Assembly (NCBI RefSeq): GCF_009914755.1
Contig: NC_060930.1
Source: the human T2T-CHM13v2.0 reference genome, Homo sapiens
Reading direction: 5' to 3' (one strand)
Length of the DNA stretch: 64,000 nt
Below, in pieces: positions 60,634-64,000 of this stretch (position 1 is its first letter; every line of letters starts with the position of its first letter). A model generated the notes under the pieces. The model had not been told where the DNA came from. It ran no database searches and saw nothing but the letters and a program-made list of their open reading frames with translations. The translations under genes were made by a program, and so were the position numbers.

Positions 60634-61108
60634 TGACAAAGATTCTCTTCATGACCAAACTCTAGTCAGGTTCCTCTGAAGGCTCTTCTCAACAAAAGCT
60701 CTGACTTTTGGACTTAAATGTTTGTAGCTCTGCATTGCGCACTTTTAACAATAATCGTGTTAAGTCAGTTTAGCCAGAATCCCTCATCCTCTATTATCTG
60801 ATCACCCTTCATATCTGATCAGGTTCCTCATCCTCCACCATGCTCCAGTGATGTAATCACCCTGGCCTGCCTTCAAGAATCCTATCAGGCCAGGTTAGCC
60901 AGAAACCCCCTTACCTGTGATGTTTCCTTTCAGTAATTTTCTATCCAGTGACCTCATCTCCCCACTCTGATCCTTGGCTATAAATTCCCGCTTTTCCTTG
61001 TTGTATGCAAAGTTGAGCCCGGTCTCTCTCACCTACTGCAAAATCCCTCTCTAATAAAGTTTTCCTTACTGTCTTTAACAATTGCCATGAATAATGTTTT
61101 CCTTAACA
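60634..61108 (+). mobile_element. ERV1-type solo LTR (MER31-like)
   Basis: TGACAAAGATTCTC...GACCAAACTCTAGTCAGG; TATAAA, AATAAA, ends CCTTAACA. Confidence 0.65.
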
Positions 61109-61185
61109 CCAACACCATGTGTTTTGCTTTTTATATATAAATAACACATAATTTAATAAATTTGAGCTAAGAAAGATGCCAATGA

Positions 61186-61880
<695 letters not shown>

Positions 61881-62056
61881 CATTTTGGCATTCTTGATGT
61901 GAAGGAGAAACACAGTTACTTTAATCGTTGTTAGAGGGTAGTGTTAAATATGATTTATACTATATGATAAGGGATTTTCTTTACACTATAAAAATTGGCT
62001 TTGATTGTTTATATATAAAATGAAAAACTATATGTATACAAGCAGCAGTTAGAATT

Positions 62057-62163
62057 GTGTTCACTTCGGCAGCACATATACACAAATTGGAACTATACAG
62101 AGAAGGTTAGCATGGCCCCTGTGCAGGATGACATGCAAATTTGCGAAGCATTCCACATTTTTT
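62057..62163 (+). pseudogene. Full-length U6 snRNA retropseudogene
   Basis: GTGTTCACTTCGGCAGCACATATAC...ACAGAGAAGGTTAGCATGGCCCCTG...GAAGCATTCCACATTTTT then A tract; CpG-type decay. Confidence 0.95.
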
Positions 62164-62259
62164 TTAAAAAAATAGGGTAACCAATGATACGGAAATAGCC
62201 TAGAACAGTGGTTCTCAAACTTTGCACATTAGAATCACACTTCAGGATCTTTAAAAATA

Positions 62260-63594
62260 GAGTCGTACCTTGGTATCAGTAGGAGATTGGTTTAGGATCT
62301 CCTACGGATACCAAAATCCATGCAAACTCAAGTTCCTTATGTAAAAGGAGGTAGTATTTGCTTATTGAAGGGGTGGCCTGCCCCTCCACACCTGTGGGTA
62401 TATCTCAACAGGTGGGACGAGAGACTGAGAAAAGAAATAAGACACAGAGACAAAGTATAGAGAAACAACAGCGGGCCCAGGAGACCGGCACTCAGCATAC
62501 GGAGGACCTGCACTGGTACCGGTCTCTGAGCTCCCTCAGTTTTTATTGATTATTATTTTCATTATCTCAGCAAAATGAATGAGGTAGTTGAGCAGGGTGA
62601 TAATAAGGAGAAGATCAGCAAGAAAACATGTGAGCAAAAGAATCTATGTCATAATTAAGTTCAAGGGGAGTTTACTATGCCTGGATGTGCACGAAGGCCA
62701 GATTTATGTTTCTCTCCACCCAAACATCTCAGTGGAGTAAAGAATAACAAGGCAGCACTGCTGCCAACATGTGTCACCTCCCGCCATAGGGCGATTTTTC
62801 TCCCGTCTCAGAATTGAACAAATGTATAATCGGGTTTTATACCGAGACATTCAGTTCCCAGAGGCAGGCAGGAGACAGTGGACTTCCTCTATCTCAACTG
62901 CAAGAGGCTTTCCTCTTTTACTAATCCACCTCAGCACAGACCCTTTACGGGTGTCGGGCTGGGGGACGGTCAGATCTTTCTCATCACATGAAGCCATATT
63001 TCAAACTATCACATGGGGAGAAACCTTGCACAATACCCGGCTTTCCAGGGCAGAGGTCCCTGTGGCTTTCCGCAGTGCATTGTGCCCCTGGTTTATCGAG
63101 ACTAGAGAATGGTGATGACTTTTACCAAGCATACTGCTTGTAAACATTTTGTTAACAAGGCACGTCCTGCACAGCTTTAGATCCCTTAAACCTTGATTCC
63201 ATATAACACATGTTTTTGTGAGCTCAAGGTTGGGGCAAAGCATCTCAGGGCAAAGCAATTGTTCAGGGTACAGGTCAAAATGGAGTTTCTTATGTCTTCC
63301 TTTTCTAGTTAGACACAGTAACAGTCTGATCTCTCTTTTCCCTACACTTATGACCTATGCACATCCTCCTGTATACATTAAATTATCTCTAGATTACTTA
63401 TAATACCTAAAATACAATGTCCATGCTATGTGAATAATTGTTATATTGTATTGATTAGGGAATAATGACAAGAATATAAGAATCTGTAATGTTCAGTATA
63501 GACGCAATCATCCTTTTTTTAAAAAAATATTTTTTTGATCCACAATGGTTTAATCAACAGATGTAAAACCCACAGACATGGAGGGCTAACTGTA
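62260..63594 (+). mobile_element. MER2 (Tigger-family) DNA transposon split by the LTR5
   Basis: GTCGTACCTTGGTATC...GGATACCAAAATCC before the LTR and ACCTATGCACATCCTCCTGTATAC...GGAGGGCTAACTGTA after it. Confidence 0.85.
62366..63346 (-). mobile_element. HERV-K(HML-2) solo LTR, LTR5A-like
   Basis: Reverse complement begins TGTAGGGAAAAGAGAGATCAGACTGTTACTGTGTCT and ends GGGGCAGGCCACCCCTTCA; 981 bp; TSD CTTAT. Confidence 0.92.
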
Positions 63595-64000
63595 CTAATT
63601 TTTGTAGGCTTCTACCCCCCTCCCCCCAGACAAACTGATTTCATAGGATTTGGTTGCCGGTGGGCATCAGAGTTTTTATTCCATTGACCCCTAGCTTACA
63701 AGACAATTATGTGACTTTTGCACAGACAGCTGCCATCACAAACTGCCTTTTTTATGGTATAAAGGGTCTCTTCAGGAGCTCTTAAAATGACTTCTTTCAA
63801 GTGCATTGATAGAGTTTGTAGAAAATATATTGCTACTGCTGTCTACCCTAAAAGACATCTTTACAAGTGAAAGCTTCAAAAATTTCCCCGAAAAGATTAA
63901 TATGGAGTTAGTTACTTGAATCAAATTCTGGGCTCTTTAATAACCTTGAGAATATCTCTGGTCTGCTAGATTTTGACCATCTCAACTGACTGGCACATTG

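Overview
Primate, almost certainly human, genomic DNA with no credible protein-coding gene. The tRNA gene order and a CD83 retrocopy match my recollection of the 6p22.1 tRNA cluster; gene numbering is from recall and needs database confirmation. Nine tRNA genes: Ser-AGA (x2), Ser-TGA, Gln-CTG, intron-containing Arg-TCT, Lys-TTT (x2), Asp-GTC and initiator Met-CAT. Retrocopies: a ~2.8 kb processed CD83 pseudogene (CDS plus 3'UTR, split by two Alus), a full-length U6 copy and a 3'-truncated U2 copy. Repeats: about 40 Alus, old L1/L2 pieces, MER DNA transposons, a solo HERV-K LTR5A inside MER2, a MER41B LTR with an intact STAT GAS site inside a MER4 LTR, and a degenerate ERVL-like RT. The supplied ORFs are almost all Alu or low-complexity artefacts. 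I found no convincing new biological system. The best leads are signs of tRNA gene turnover (a duplicated tRNA 5' flank without its tRNA, probable dead Leu and Val relics, a one-base Ser anticodon switch, a triplicated tRNA 5' end) and an orphan TATA/CCAAT/ETS promoter near the MER41B GAS site.
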